A DNA stretch of 64,000 nt, taken from Macrostomum lignano. Taxonomy: Eukaryota. This document shows positions 11,326 through 22,996 of the stretch, piece by piece. The number at the start of each line of letters is the position of its first letter. Positions within the stretch are counted from its first letter, which is position 1. Made by a program: the position numbers and the translations under genes. The notes beneath the pieces are model-generated. The model was not told the origin of the DNA and made no database searches. It saw nothing but the letters and a program-made list of their open reading frames with translations. Where the stretch lies: the NCBI GenBank assembly GCA_002269645.1, contig NIVC01000651.1, positions 24,460 to 88,459 on the forward strand, read 5' to 3'.

Positions 11326-14300
11326 TCAGTTGGCCCGCATGTTCAGCCGATTGTACCCTGACGTGCCCGCAGCGCTGGAGGTGGCCGCGGCCGGGCTTTT
11401 GTTGCTGAGAAGGTCTGCCATCAGTTGCTCCAGGTTGTCCCGGCTGTCATCTTCGGCTTGGGTCTGCTGCTGCTGCTGTAGATGCTGTTGCTGCTGTGGC
11501 GGCGGCGGCAGGCTGGCCGGCGCCATCTCCAGGCCGCGGATCATCTGCTTTACGGGCGTGAAGTCCGGCCATCCGCCGCCCCCGGTGGCTCCCACGCCGC
11601 TTCCGCAGACGCCGCCGGAGAGTCGCGGATCGGGCAGCTCTGTGGCGCGCATGGTCTGCGGCGGCGAGATGAAAGAACCAAGCAAGGCGGCGGCCGAAGG
11701 GTGGCCCGCATGCGGATTCTGGGCCTGCTGGTGCAGCGGCTGCGGCTGCTGAAAAGGCTGCTGTGGCTGGTAGACGGCGGACAGCGAGGTCGGCGACAAC
11801 TCGTTGGCGAGGTCACAGGAAGCGGACGGCACCGGGCGCAGCTGGTCGCGGGAGAGCTCCTGGAGAAGCTCCTCGTGTGATAGCAGCGGCTCGGTGGAGT
11901 AGGCGGTCTGGTAGGCCAGGCGGGCCACGAAGTCGCTGCAGAGCAGCACGGTGGCGCGCTGGTTGCGGCCGCGTGTCTGGCACACGAAGGACACGGCAGA
12001 TATCAGCGAGGCCAGCGATGGGTAGCCGTAGTTGGAGGGGCGCAGCGGCACTCCGAAGTAGCGCTGGTAGTCTGGCTCAAGCTGGCTGAAGGAGATGCGG
12101 CCCTGGTTGGCCTGCAGCAGCGAGCTGAGGTCGCGGGCAAACAACACCAGCGGGCGCAGGGTGACGCACTTGCGACCAGGACTGAGCGGGTCGTCAGTGA
12201 CGGTCAGGATGTCTGAGAGCTCGCGCTGCACCCAGTCCAGATTCAGCGGGGTGCGGTAGGCGCGAAGGAAATCCTCCTGTTAATTGGGGGTGGTGCTTGG
12301 ATCACGGATTGAAGACCAGGGTGACTTCTGGCGAGTTGGGGGAATCTGTTCATAAAAAAACTGATGACCAGTGAAGTGAAGTTAAAGTTTCTGCTGGGAG
12401 CCTCTCTACGTCAAAGGCGCAAATGTAAACAGGGGTTAGGAAGCTATCTTGGTTGTTAGTGGCGTCAACCAATGAGTGTCAGGTGCACAATTTCGGTTGC
12501 CAAAGGCACCACTTTGTAACATGGCTCCTATATGCGAGTGTCAGAAGTTTGAGGCGCGCCAATATTGATGCAAGAAGCGCCAAAAGAGTCGAGTTGAGTG
12601 CTCAAAAGCGCATCACAGCAGTGCAAAATGTTGTGCAACAAGCGGCTGGGCAGCTCACCAGCGGCATGGAGCCGGTGCTGCAGTCCCGCAGCAGCAGCAG
12701 GCACTTGTAGGCGCAGTTCTTCACGTCGGTGCGGTCGGCCAGCCGCACCCAGGACTCGCCGGCGTCGTCTCGCCACAGCTCGGCCACGGTGGGCATCTTG
12801 GCCACCAGCTGCGGCACCGACTCCACGCCCAGGTCGGCCAGGTTCAGCGCGCTGCCGTACTGCCTGACGTACACCGACAGGAAGTCCGCCACCCGCAGGC
12901 GCCTATCCGGACAGGCCTCCAGCATGGCCAGCACGTGGCTGGCGCAGACTCGCAGGTGCTCGCGCAGGGTCAGGCAGATGAACTTTTCTCCCAGCTCGTC
13001 GCGCATCTCGATCACGTGACTGACGGCCTCAAGCAGGTCGATGAGCTTCACGAAGCCAAATTCCGACACGCGGCATTGGCGAGCAAAGTAGTGATGGTAG
13101 CTGGGGATGAACTTGCTGAAGGGGACGCGGCAGCGGGGCGCCTGGCGTAGCAGGTCCACCACCTGGTAAGAGCAGTGGAGGGAGCGGTGGCTCAGGTACA
13201 GATTGGAGCAGGTCCACCACCTGGTAAGAGCAGTGGAGGGAGCGGTGGCTCCAGTGGTGTGATTGGAAAGTTTGCCACATTTCGCGCCGACTGAAAATTT
13301 TCGTGCCATGCCAATGATATTCTACTGACAGCCAAATAAGTCAATTGATGACACTTTTGAAGATGCGTCTGCATACATGCGCAACTGCTGGCCGACCTGG
13401 CCGATCTGGCCACTGTAAATTGTGGTGGACCAGGGGTAAGTCGCAAAAATGCCCACCCCAAAGAAGACATAGTACTAATTAGGATGACGAGACATTTAGC
13501 CCTTATAAGAGAGTCATAGTTACTCCTGCCGTTTACCCAAAATTGCGTTAATCTTGCTCTAGGGTTTCTTTTACAGGTAAGTCGCATTTTTGGTCAAAAA
13601 GTAAGTCGCATGGCCAGTGTAAATCAGGGGGGTTGCGCATGTATGTGCGTCTGGCTACCAATTAGCATGTCTCTCAAGTCCCAGCCGTGTCCCGCCTGAA
13701 CTTCTTGTTGGCGATGCTGGGTGGAATCTTTGAATCTGGGCAAATGGCCATCAGATCCTCGGCAAAGGTCCTCTTTTGATTCGAAGCTGCGATTCTTCAG
13801 TGCAATCCTGACAACACATCTGATCTCTGCCACCCTTGCAGACGTAGCAGCCACATCTTCAGTGTCACTTTGCTTCTTTGCGACCACGAAAGTCTCCACG
13901 AATCTCGAAATTCTCGAGATTAATCTCCTAAGCTATGACATTCTTGTATTTCATACTGTCTGACAAGAGAATAAGTGTAAAAAGCAGAAAATAAGAATGC
14001 AATTTTCGCGCCCATGGTTCCACAAAATTTCGCGCCAGACCCCCAGGATTCGCGCATTCGCGCCATTTTCGCGCCTGGCGCGAATTCGCGCCTGAATCAC
14101 ACCACTGGGTGGCTCAGGTACAGATTGGAGCAGGTCCACCACCTGGTAAGAGCAGTGGAGGGAGCGGTGGCTCAGGTACAGATTGGAGCAGGTCCACCAC
14201 CTGGTAAGAGCAGTGGAGGGAGCAGTGGCTCAGGTACAGATTGGAGCAGGTCCACCACCACTGGTGGGTGCAGTGGAGGGAGGGGGGTTGATCACTGCTC

Positions 14301-17300
14301 AGCCTCCGCAGCTGCGCTCACCTCCAGAGCGAAGTGCGCTGTCTTCGCCCTCTCCGCCAGAGTCTGAACGCGGGTCGGCAGGCCGAGCTGCAGGTCAGGC
14401 GAGCCCTCAGTGCAGCTGACATCGATGCTGTTCTCCGGCAGCTCCTCCAGCATGTCCTCCAGGAAGCAGACCCCGTAGTCGGCGATGTTGAACTGGCGGC
14501 CGAACAGGCGGTTCATGTAGTAGGGGAGCTCGGATGCCAGGCACTGCTTGGCTGGCGCGAGCTTCAGGATCTTGCTCAGGTCGGAGGAGAATCGGCGCAC
14601 CTGGTCAAGCAGATTTTGAGAATTTGCTGAGCAATCGCAAAGTTCAGAATGAGATCTTATGCATCGCGGACGAATTTGAGACAAAGTGTAAAGCTACTTC
14701 AGTTCGAAATTGATGACAGTGAGAAGCACGAAAAGTCACAGACGGCTTTGAGAAGCATGCGAGAGGCTATAGGCAGTGAGGAGCATGAGAAAGAGTTGAC
14801 TCAGGCAGTGAGGAGCATGAGAAGAATGAGAAAGAGGAAATAGGGAGTGAGGAGAATAAGACGGAGGGAACACAGGCAGTGAAAAGAGAAAAGTGAGCGG
14901 TGTCGCACCTGCACCCGGTGCGTGAGGAAAATCATCCTGGCGGGCCCGGAGCCCACCACGTGGACGCTGTGCGGCAGGGCCTCCAGCAGGTCGGCCAGCT
15001 TGGTAAAGCCGTAGTCGGCCACGCGGCACTGCCGGCCGAAGTGGTGATGATAGGCCGGGATGAACTTGGACAGCAGCAGACGGCAGCCGGGCTGGACACG
15101 GACCAGGTCCACCACCTGGGGAGGGAGAGAAAGAAATTGAAAAGCATTGAGTCCTATATGCAATGTCCGCATCAGTGTGTCCTACAGTCAATGTCTGCTT
15201 CAGTGTGTCCTACAGTCAATGCCTGCTTCAGTGCGTCCTACAAGCAATGTCTGCTTCAGTGTGCCCTACAACCAACCAATGTCTGCTTCAGTGTGCCCTA
15301 CAAGCAATGTCTCCCTCGGTGTCCCCTTACATGCAAGGTTTTTTTGTCTGCATTTGGGTCAGTGTCCATGTCCTTTTGTCATTGATTATGAATAATTGTG
15401 CCTCCAGTTGAATCAATTGATTTCTTATCGTCCTTCTACACAGGGATTTACAGAATTCAGCCCCTCCAGTGAGCCGGCTCCAAACCAAAGGCCCCTTCTA
15501 GCCACTAGCCAGCAGGACAGCTTCCACTCACCTCCCGGGAGAACTGCGCCATCTGGTCGCTCAGCGGCGGGCCGGACTGGCCGCTCCGCTCCTCCCAGCA
15601 GAGGTTCTTCACCCCGGCTGCCGACACGCAGACCCGCACGCCGGTACAGCGGACAGCAGGTGCTCCAGGTAGACTCCACCGCCTAGCGGAGGCTCCCGCG
15701 CCAGCGCCAGGCCGCCGAACTCGGCCTGGTAACAGGCGGGGAAGCTGCCGACCGGCATGACGCCGTTGTGCTGCTGCAGCAGCTTGTGCAGCTGGTGCTT
15801 GAACGCGCGCAGAGACAGCAGCACGCAGGGCAGCAGGCAGCAGTCCAGGGCTTGCACGTACTCCGGCGAGCCCTCGCGGCAGTGGATGCCGCAGACCACC
15901 GGCTCGACGTCGGCAGACAGCGCCTTGGAGGCTGAGGAGGCAGCATTCAGTATCACTACTCGGCCGCCGTTGGGGCCCTCCTTCACCTCGCAGACGTCGC
16001 GGTGGCGGTAGAGCTCGGCCAGAGCGAGGGACCGGTGGTAGCTGCGGGGAGGCAGAGGTGGCATTCAACCAGCGGCTGCATTGGCGGGATTGCGCCCTTG
16101 CCGAACCCAAGATACGCGCTTCAAGTTTCGCCAGGACAACTTTGGCTTTCAGCCAATAATAAGAGTGTCAATTGTCTAAATTAAGTTCAATTTCATCTCT
16201 GTCGATAGAACTTTTACAGGTGATGACACGAAGATTTAGAAAAGTGAGAGGATGCGAAAAAACGATAGGCCTGAACTTACTCGAGTATTTAACTGTGCAA
16301 AGTTTAAACACACTAGAAGAAATTTGTTTAAAATGATTCCCTCACTACTTGTTAGTAGGGCGATACGAGCGCATGTGCAATGAGACAGCAAAACCAAGAC
16401 AGTTGTATTGGTACACCAGTGGAGCGAACTGGCTCACCGTCTCTCGTAGAGTTCCAGGAACTTGGTGACGGCCAGCTGCTTGCCGCTGACGCCGCCAAGC
16501 AGCCCGACAATGTCCAGCTTGATCCGGTTCTGCGCCTGGGAGGCTGTGCAGCCCCCGGCGCCGCCTGCGCCCAGCAGCTGTACCTGGGGGAGGGCGAGGC
16601 AGATTAAGCACTAGTTACAAGTGCTGCTAGTAGGCCGCACTGGCAAATTTGGGATTCCTCGTTTCTAGTGACGCAGGTGCGAGTAAGCTCTTGGCTGCTA
16701 TTGGCTCGAAGGTCGAAGCGGTCACGTGACAACTGCTTCGTCATCAGGCAGCACTGGCAGAGCAGCAGACTCACCTGGATCCGCTTGTAGCCGATTTTTT
16801 TGCGGTGGAACTGCGACACGGCCAGCCGGGCGTCCTCCAGCGACCGCAGCTTGACGACGGCGGCCACGGAGTCGTCCGCCAGGCTGTGCATGGCCACGTC
16901 CAGCACGGGCAGCGAGGCCCCGATCTGCGTCTCCAGAATCTTCTTCCACTCCTTCGGCGCGATGTTGTAGTCAAGGTTCGTCACCTGCGCGGTTTGGGGG
17001 CGACTCAACTGCACTGCGGGGATCGCTGCATCGTTGGACTTTATTTGGTATACAGTACCTACACCCAGCTCCTGATGTCTGTGCCTACACCCAGCTCCTG
17101 ATGTCTGTGCCTACACCCAGCTCCTGATGTCTGTGCCTACACCCAGCTCCTGATGTCTGTGCCTACACCCAGCTCCTGATGTCTGTGCCTACACCCAGCT
17201 CCTGATGTCTGTGCCTACACCCAGCTCCTGCCTGATGTCTGTGCCTACACCCAGCTCCTGATGTCTGTGCCTACACCCAGCTCCTGATGTCTGTGCCTAC

Positions 17301-18457
17301 ACCCAGCTCCTGATGTCTGTGCCTACACCCAGCTCCTGCCTGATGTCTGTGCCTACACCCAGCTCCTGATGTCTGTGCCTACACCCAGCTCCTGCCTGAT
17401 GTCTGTGCCTACACCCAGCTCCTGCCTGATGTCTGTGCCTACACCCAGCTCCTGATGTCTGTGCCTACACCCAGCTCCTGATGTCTGTGCCTACACCCAG
17501 CTCCTGATGTCTGTGCCTACACCCAGCTCCTGATGTCTGTGCCTACACCCAGCTCCTGATGTCTGTGCCTACACCCAGCTCCTGATGTCTGTGCCTACAC
17601 CCAGCTCCTGCCTGATGTCTGATGCCTGATGTTTGTGCCTGATGTCTGTGCCTACACCCAGCTCCTGCCTGATGTCTGATGCCTGATTCTCCCTCTGATC
17701 TGATTCTGCTGTCCCTCTGATCTGATTCTGCTGTCCCTCTGATCTGATTCTGCTCTCCCTCTGATCTGATTCTGCTCTCCCTCTGATCTGATTCTACTCT
17801 CCCTCTGATCTGATTCTGCTCTCCCTCTGATCTGATTCTACTCTCCCTCTGATCTGATTCTGCTCTCCCTCTGATCTGATTCTACTCTCCCTCTGATCTG
17901 ATTCTGCTCTCCCTCTGATCTGATTCTACTCTCCCTCTGATCTGATTCTGCTCTCCCTCTGATCTGATTCTACTCTCCCTCTGATCTGATTCTGCTCTCC
18001 CTCTGATCTGATTCTACTCTCCCTCTGATCTGATTCTGCTCTCTCCTGCGATGCAAAGCGATTCAATACTCACCTGTATTTCCACGCTGTCGAGGGCAGC
18101 GGCGCCGGCGGCTCCGGTCCCCGAGGAAGAGGCGGTGGCCTCCGGCGACGCCTGGCTCGGCGTGGAATCGTCAATGGAGCCCGCGGACTGCTGGCGCTGG
18201 TGCTGGCGCTGGTGAGAGTCGGCGAAGGTGCCACTGTTGCTGCGGTTGCGGTGGTGCTGCGGCTGGTTGAAGTGCCGTCGCGAATTGTACAGCTGCTGGC
18301 CGGAGCGGAAGGCCTCCTTGGACGAAGTGAAACTGTAGCGGCGCTGCTGATGGTGCGGCGGCAGCTGCTGGTACGGCGGGTTCTGCTGACCGTGGGACTC
18401 GTTGAAGGAATTCGGTCGCTTGATGAACACGGAGCTCAGATTTCGGCGCAGCTGCAC
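11326..18457 (-). CDS. MARF1: Meiosis regulator and mRNA stability factor 1 (limkain-b1) homologue: RRM + 8 LOTUS/OST-HTH domains; 5' end unresolved
   Basis: Exons (minus strand): 18074-18457, 16775-16984, 16438-16583, 15532-16041, 14909-15115, 14322-14600, 12659-13162, 11326-12276. All are GT-AG with compatible phases, except one apparent 1-nt deletion at ~15643. RRM reads VTNLDYNI...AVSQFHRKKIGYKRIQV. LOTUS repeats include VVDLVRVQPGC...SKFIPAYHHHFGRQCRVADYGFTKLADLLEALP, matching the MARF1 FIPSYHHHFAKQCRVSDYG signature. Confidence 0.92.
13151..14265. repeat. 58-bp intronic tandem repeat that includes the MARF1 3' splice site and exon start
   Basis: CAGGTCCACCAC occurs at 13151 (real junction), 13209, 14131, 14189 and 14247. 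The second copy is interrupted by the hAT element. Confidence 0.9.
13252..14107. mobile_element. Non-autonomous hAT-type DNA transposon (856 bp)
   Basis: Perfect 13-bp TIR CAGTGGTGTGATT / AATCACACCACTG. Perfect 8-bp TSD GGTGGCTC (13244-13251 and 14108-14115). Subterminal TTCGCGCC repeats. No transposase ORF. Confidence 0.88.
15160..15320. repeat. Degenerate 25-29-bp intronic repeat
   Basis: AATGTCTGCTTCAGTGTGTCCTACA-like unit, about 5-6 copies. Confidence 0.7.
17055..17685. repeat. 26-bp intronic minisatellite (some 30-bp variants)
   Basis: GTGCCTACACCCAGCTCCTGATGTCT; ATGTCTGTG recurs at 17101 and 17127. Confidence 0.95.
17686..18045. repeat. 22-bp pyrimidine-rich intronic minisatellite
   Basis: CTCTCCCTCTGATCTGATTCT(G/A); CTGATCTG recurs at 17761 and 17783. 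It abuts the 26-bp array. Confidence 0.95.
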
Positions 18458-18544
18458 CTGTTGGTTTGGGTGTGTGGGGTGAGCTCAAAAGCTAACAGAA
18501 TCAGATGGTGTTCTCTAAGTAGCTGGTGCGGCTTCACGGGCAAC

Positions 18545-20380
18545 TGGGTGGGGAGATCTGGGGAGTTGGGTGGGGAGAGCTGGGGAGTTGGGTGGGGAGA
18601 TCTGGGGAGTTGGGTGGGGAGATCTGGGAGTTGGGTGGGGAGATCTGGGGAATTGGGTGGGGAGATCTGGGGAGTTGGGTGAGGAGAGCTGGGAGTTGGG
18701 TGGGGAGATCTGGGGAATTGGGTGGGGAGATCTAGGGAGTTGGGTGGGGAGATCTGGGGAGTTGGGTGAGGAGAGCTGGGAGTTGGGGTGGGGAGAGCTG
18801 GGAGCTGGGGTGGGGAGAGCTGGGAGTTGGGGTGGGGAGATCTGGGGAGTTGGGTGGGGAGATCTGGGGAATTGGGTGGGGAGATCTGGGAGTTGGGGTG
18901 GGGAGAGCTGGGAGTTGGGGTGGGGAGAGCTGGGAGTTGGGGTGGGGAGATCTGGGGAGTTTGGTGGGGAGAGCTGGGAGTTGGGGTGGGGAGAGCTGGG
19001 GAATTGGGTGAGAAGAGCTGGGAGTTGGGTGGGGAGATCTGGGGAGTTGGGTGAGGAGAGCTGGGAGTTGGGGTGGGGAGAGCTGGGAAATTGGGTGAGA
19101 AGAGCTGGGAGTTGGGTGGGGAGATCTGGGGAATCGGGTGGGGAGATCTAGGGAATTGGGTGAGGAGAGCTGGGAGTTGGGGTGGGGAGAGCTGGGGAAT
19201 TGGGTGGGGAGATCTGGGGAATTGGGTGGGAGATCTGGGAATTGGGTGGGGAGATCTGGGGAGTTGGGTGGGGAGAGCTGGGGAGTTGGGTGGGGAGATC
19301 TGGGGAGTTGGGTGGGGAGATCTGGGAGTTGGGTGGGGAGATCTGGAGAATTGGGTGGGGAGATCTGGGGAGTTGGGTGAGGAGAGCTGGGAGTTGGGTG
19401 GAGAGATCTGGGGAATTGGGTGAGGAGAGCTGGGAGTTGGGGTGGGGAGAGCTGGGGAATTGGGTGAGGAGAGCTGCGAGTTGGGTGGGGAGATCTAGGG
19501 AATTTGGTGGGGAGAGCTGGGAGTTGGGTGGGGAGATCTGGGGAATTGGGTGAGGAGAGCTGGGAGTTGGGGTGGGGAGATCTAGGGAATTTGGTGGGGA
19601 GAGCTGGGAGTTGGGGTGGGGAGATCTAGGGAATTTGGTGGGGAGAGCTGGGAGTTGGGGTGGAGAGATCTGGGGAATTGGGTGAGGAGAGCTGGGAGTT
19701 GGGGTGGGGAGATCTAGGGAATTTGGTGGGGAGAGCTGGGAGTTGGGGTGGGGAGAGCTGGGGAATTGGGGTGGGGAGATCTGGCGAGTTGGGTGGGGAG
19801 ATCTGGCGAGTTGGGGTGGGGAGATCTGAGAGTTTGGGTGGGGAGATTGGGGAGTTGGGTGCGGAGATCTGGGAGTTGGGGTGGGGAGATCTGGCGAGTT
19901 GGGGTGGGGAGATCTGAGAGTTTGGGTGGGGAGACTGGGGAGTTGGGTGCGGAGAGCTGGGAGTTGGGGTGGGGAGATCTGGGGAGTTGGGTGCAGAGAT
20001 CTGGGAGTTGGGGTGGGGAGATCTTGGGAATTGGGTGGGGAGAGCTGGCAGTTTGGATGGGGAGATCTGGCGAGTTGGGTGGGGATGCTAGTTGGGATGC
20101 GGAGATCAGGGGAACTGGGTGGGAAGATTTGGAATTGGGTGGGGAGACCTGGAAGTGGTTAAGAAGACCTGGAATTGGTCGGGTAGAGTAAATACCTGAA
20201 TTAAGTGGGGAATTATAGAGTTTTTGCTTAATTGTTTTAAAGGTCATTATTTTTACCCATCCAAAACAGCAGCAGACTTGGAATTGGGTAAGGAGACCTG
20301 GAATTGGGTGGAGAGACTTGGGAGTTGAGGTGGAGAGACCTGGGGATTTGTGTGGAGACTTGGGGGCTGAGTGGTGTCTG
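18545..20380. repeat. G-rich degenerate minisatellite (~21-23-bp units)
   Basis: GGGAGTTGGGTGGGGAGATCT / GAGAGCTG units over ~1.8 kb, degenerating toward 20380. Confidence 0.92.
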
Positions 20381-20506
20381 GGGAGGACAGGAGCAGGACA
20401 GGATCGAAGTGAACGTCAATGTAATTGTATTTGTTCCATAACTATATTAACAAAAAATTAGGTTGATAAAAGTACATTACTATATAGTCTACATCTAGTA
20501 CTACTA

Positions 20507-20809
20507 CTAGGTCAAGTAGGCAATTATAACTGCACTCGCCTCTTCGTCCCCCCTGTCATCGTCGAAGTGCAGTTCGGTGCGCCCGCCGAACGGCGGGCTG
20601 CTAGCGCCTAGGCTGTCCGGCGGCGAGCTGGGATCGAGGCCCCAGTAGTGCTGCTGCTGCTGCTGCCGCCTGAATGCCTCCCCTTTGCATTGGGGGCGGC
20701 CTTCTGCTGCAGCAGGGACGTTTCTGCCCCTGCAGCCTGGCATGCTGCCATGCTCGTATTCGTGTTGAGTTGCCGAAGCTTCCGAATGTCCAGACGAGGC
20801 GGTTGCCAT
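20507..20809 (-). CDS. Candidate first coding exon of MARF1
   Basis: GC-rich ATG ORF (MATASSGHS...QQQQQH...FDDDRGDEEAS) in the right orientation upstream of the 18457 acceptor. No strong phase-0 donor was identified. Confidence 0.35.
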   Translation of the reverse strand: MATASSGHSEASATQHEYEHGSMPGCRGRNVPAAAEGRPQCKGEAFRRQQQQQHYWGLDPSSPPDSLGASSPPFGGRTELHFDDDRGDEEASAVIIAYLT

Positions 20810-21586
20810 TTTTACAAGGCGCCAAAGAGGTTGTAGCGTAGTCTGAGTCTGAGTGCCGCTATATTGTCACTGTATAATAATGCACACACAGAATGAATCC
20901 ACGGTCAGGCTTGGCTTGCAGGCTTGTGCGGGCCTTGCAAGTAAATAAAAACTCAGTTTAAGTTAACTGTGCGCAGTGCGGGCCAGAGTTAATAAGGCTG
21001 GCCTCTTATCTCGGGGTGGGGTGTTGGGGTCTGACTTGCCGGCGTGTTTGATATCGTGCTAGCAGACCCACCCCTCCGTCCTCCGATTGGCTGGCTGAGG
21101 GAGGCGCCAGATTAAGGGGGGTCTTGGAGTGAGGGTGAAAAGAAAGGAAAGTGTGGGCCAACGCCTGAGTGAGGTGCAGCTGCACCCAGACGAGGCTTAT
21201 GGAGTAGCTGGTAGCGACTGCATTATTTTCACCTACCACAGTCTTGACTTGGCAATCGTACCATTTGCCCTTGTCCCTCACTATCAGACACTCAATAACA
21301 ATTGATGCATTGCATAATGCAATTTAATTTTGAAATTCACATACTTTTTTCTTGGTGTAGCTTGTGTGCTCAATATACATTGCTTCATTCATTTTATTGA
21401 CCCTAAAGTAAAAGGTTCCCTAGTTATAAATACTCATGTTAAAGGTTCCATCCCTGAAACCAGTGGTCCACTTTTCTCAGTTCTCAGCCCCGCCCCCCAG
21501 TCACACCACGCCCACAGTTCCCGTCTCAACTGAAGTGTGCATGATGCAATTCGCGTCACAATGTCCCAGCTTAGGAGAGCAGAGGG

Positions 21587-22617
21587 TGTAGAGTGTTCTA
21601 CCTCCCGTAAGAAGACATAAAAGTGTTAATGTACTACTCACACATTTTATTTAGTAGTAAATTGAAGAGCATGAATGAAGGTATGCTTTGAACTATAAGT
21701 ATATTCGGACTAACCAATAGGAAGAGAGAGACCTCGAGCATGCTAATTTTAGAAATCACCCAATCACGTGCGACCAACAACTGTCAATTCAAACCCCACC
21801 TTCAAGTCATCATTTTGTTTGCACTCGGGTTGCACCCGGATGAACCAATCAAAGTCTACCAGCTACGGTAACCAATCATGCGCTTTTACAGTAGACTAGT
21901 TGCGCAACTTTCTACCCTGTCATGCTTGACAGCCACCGAATCGTGACCCTTTGACATTTGCGAAGACAGTGATGTACGACCTCGAGAGAGGTCTGAACGC
22001 CTATAAATACAAGTGGTCCGGAACGGACCCGGAGCCAGAAAATCTCCAAGAGAGAGAAGCTCCGAAGAGGAAGCTCTAGTGAAGCCTTCCTGAAGAAACT
22101 CGCGTCGTGGACGAGTTCTTGCGGTAAGCCTTACTCATTTGCGCCCGTTGGTTGAGACGTCTCGCTCAAGTCTATTGAGACTTGAGTTTATTTGAGTCTG
22201 CTGAGACTCTTGAGTCTGTTTAGACTCCACTGGTTGCAGTCTCCAGAAGGACTGCCCCTGATAGGTCTTAGAAGACTATCAGTGGTTTCCGGAGCTATAC
22301 CTAGAGTGCAGAGAGGCACTGCTAGAAGGAGTAGGCTTATATTAAACCGCAGTTCGGCGCAGGGATCCCCATTGTTGATTTGGAAGCTTCCCATTGGTCC
22401 GCACTACAGATACCGGCCGGAAACGACTTCAGTGGACAAAAGGAACGCGGACCTGGTTACGAACATAGACGTCTAAAGAAGTTCGAGGGACAAAGGAAGT
22501 CAGAGAACTACAGAACACGGAAGAGCTCTCCGAGACAGGACTCAAGGTAATACATACCTTCATTTGATTACTGGGTTGCCTAGCTACAGAGCTAGAAGTG
22601 ATTGTTCCTTGATTACA
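21587..22617 (+). other. LTR-like / promoter-like cassette without an ORF
   Basis: CCAAT at 21714, 21760, 21845 and 21872; TATAAATA at 22002; donor-like GCG|GTAAG at 22124. It starts TGTAG (21587), with candidate ends CTACA (22588) or TTACA (~22617). No matching TSD or second LTR was seen. Confidence 0.3.
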
Positions 22618-22996
22618 GTGGAGGACTGGTAATAAGGAACACATCAAGGGCATGAAGCGGCTCCTAAACAAGCTGTTCCGCTCCAGCTGATCTGCTGCTC
22701 AGGAGACCTGTTCAGCACTGCATCCCAGAGGCTGCATGGCTAACCGGTAGCGGCAGCCGTCGCCACCACAGCAAGGTCAGAGGAGCCCGAGGCCATTGTC
22801 GGGGAGTCGCCGGACCTGCCCTGTCCGCATTGAACATTGGACTACAAAATCTAGAGCCCACGATTTGCTGATTGAACTTGGTTGCCGCAATGAATGGACT
22901 GCTCTGCTCACGAACTTTTAACTCAACTTATGGCAGATACGAGCGTATTTTTGAAGGCCCCTTTTCATGCGTTTTAACTTTTTCGAAAATTCGTGG

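Noticed and set aside
18526-20247. Many Gly/Trp/Glu-rich ORFs
   Set aside because: All frames are open only because of the stop-poor G-rich minisatellite.
21006-21281. KGKWYDCQVKTV ORF as a Tudor-like MARF1 exon
   Set aside because: Too short, no compatible splice sites found, and not part of known MARF1 architecture.
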